Source of the DNA: Lytechinus pictus
Lineage: Eukaryota
Assembly (NCBI RefSeq): GCF_037042905.1
Contig: NC_087258.1
Span: 682,001-746,000, forward strand
Direction: 5' to 3'
Length of the DNA stretch: 64,000 bases
The notes below the pieces were generated by a model that worked only from the letters and a program-made list of their open reading frames with translations, searched no databases and was not told the origin of the DNA. A program made the position numbers and the translations under genes. Position 1 is the first letter of the stretch. The number at the start of each line of letters is the position of its first letter. Below are positions 62,753 through 64,000 of this stretch, one piece after another.

Positions 62753-63519
62753 CCGGGGTTCGGAATACTATAGTAGTCCACTATTCTGCAGGGGATTCAA
62801 TTAATTGCGGGACACTAAAGGGGATATACTAGTAACCAGCAAAATGCTACAAGTAGTGGTACTACTACTGCTACTACTCGTACTGGCCGTAGTAACAGAC
62901 CCATCACCGCCCCAAACTTCCTGGGAGATACTGGTCAGCCGCTGTTCAGACTCGAGTCAAGGAGAAGCAACTGGACAGCATTCCATCACTGCACAGCGGA
63001 GATTGATAATCGACGCAGAGTGGAATCGCATGAAATATTACATTTTTTCAATTTCCTGTGGGTAGATTTACAAAAACATCTCGTCCTTTCAGTGCAGATT
63101 TAATTTTATCGACTTGCAAATCCTTAAATCGGTCAATATTCAGCATTTTAGAGGCATATTCAATGCTCTTTGATATTTCGTCTCCACTCTTCGCCAAGAA
63201 TCCACGATTCGCCATTCAAGATGAGCTCATGAATATTCAATATGACGTCATAGCGGCCCGCGCTCTCATTGGATGATTTTCACCGACCAGTTCTTGGTCG
63301 GAATATTGGTAAAAACAATAAGAAACAAAAGAAAGTCCTGTCTCGCGGCGCTCTGCTTTGCTCTCTTCCTTGCTTATAGTCCAGTCAATCTAGCCAGAAT
63401 AGGGGGGTAACCCACCACTAATTGCAACACGAGATATTCCACTGAAATACTTTCCAGGAAGGTCCCCTAAACAACATACTAAAAGTCCCAAGAAATCCAA
63501 GCAGTGGAAATTTATGAAA

Positions 63520-64000
63520 TTTGCCTATTATGCAAATTAGCCATGAAAAATTAGAAAAAGAAGGGAAATAATCCAAAGATTACAAATTAGATGTCCAAAA
63601 TAATTTGATTTGAATGGAAATTCATGATAAATAACTGAATTCAATTTTTTCAATAAAAAGTGCAAAAATTTCTACCTCATTTGCATATTATTCAAATAAG
63701 CATCCTTATATGGAAAAAATGTCAAGATATTGTGATTTTTGTCATATAGACTGCTTAAAAACATTTCATTAATGTTGACATTAATATGCTACTATATCGC
63801 TAAGCATGAGAATTCATCCCAATGCCTGAAAATTAATTTGCATATTATGCAAATTAGCCATTTAAAAAATAGAAAATGAGGAAATTAATCCAAAGATTAC
63901 AAATTAAATGTCCACAGCAAGTAATTTTGAACATGATGAATAAATAAGTTCAATGTCTTTATTCAAAAAAGCTAGCAAATCTGCCTCATTTGCATATTAT
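63520..64000. repeat. Degenerate ~315-bp direct repeat rich in ATGCAAAT motifs, runs off window
   Basis: tattatgcaaattagcca...aatccaaagattacaaatta at ~63526 and ~63843. Confidence 0.7.

Noticed and set aside
62506-62832. Phe/Leu/Ser-rich pseudo-TM ORFs (also 54283-54585, 2226-2477)
   Set aside because: Polypyrimidine low-complexity tracts
62805-63065. ORF with signal-peptide-like VVVLLLLLLVLAVV
   Set aside because: The hydrophobic run derives from CTA/CTG triplet repeats in repeat-rich DNA; no downstream exons or domain found

Overview
AT-rich, intron-containing animal genomic DNA with four N-gaps. The SINE/MITE repertoire looks echinoderm (sea-urchin-like); that assignment is inference. 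Manual splicing of the minus strand (GT-AG sites, frame-checked) shows a head-to-tail cluster of three single-pass membrane mucin-like genes that all carry Sushi/CCP modules. Gene B (55684->34296, ~2,280 aa): signal peptide, 6 CCP, 949-aa Thr-rich domain, SEA, 407-aa Thr-rich domain, EGF-EGF, SEA, EGF, TM, ~145-aa tail. Gene A (26975->4630, ~2,840 aa): signal peptide, 1055-aa Thr-rich domain, [4 CCP-linker-2 CCP-mucin] x2, TM, short tail. Gene C (2571->window edge): signal peptide, 1 CCP, 356-aa Ser/Thr domain, TM homologous to that of gene A. Many exons (signal peptides, EGFs, one TM, several CCPs) are absent from the ORF track. Notable oddities: one CCP exon pair is ~96% identical in DNA while neighbouring duplicated exons are strongly diverged; two SEA domains carry GSIVV/GSIIA cleavage-type motifs; a tRNA-like cloverleaf has a UCA anticodon; there is a pre-miRNA-sized intronic hairpin. 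Introns and intergenic DNA hold tRNA-derived SINEs and hAT-, Kolobok- and Harbinger-like MITEs. No gene symbols could be assigned.
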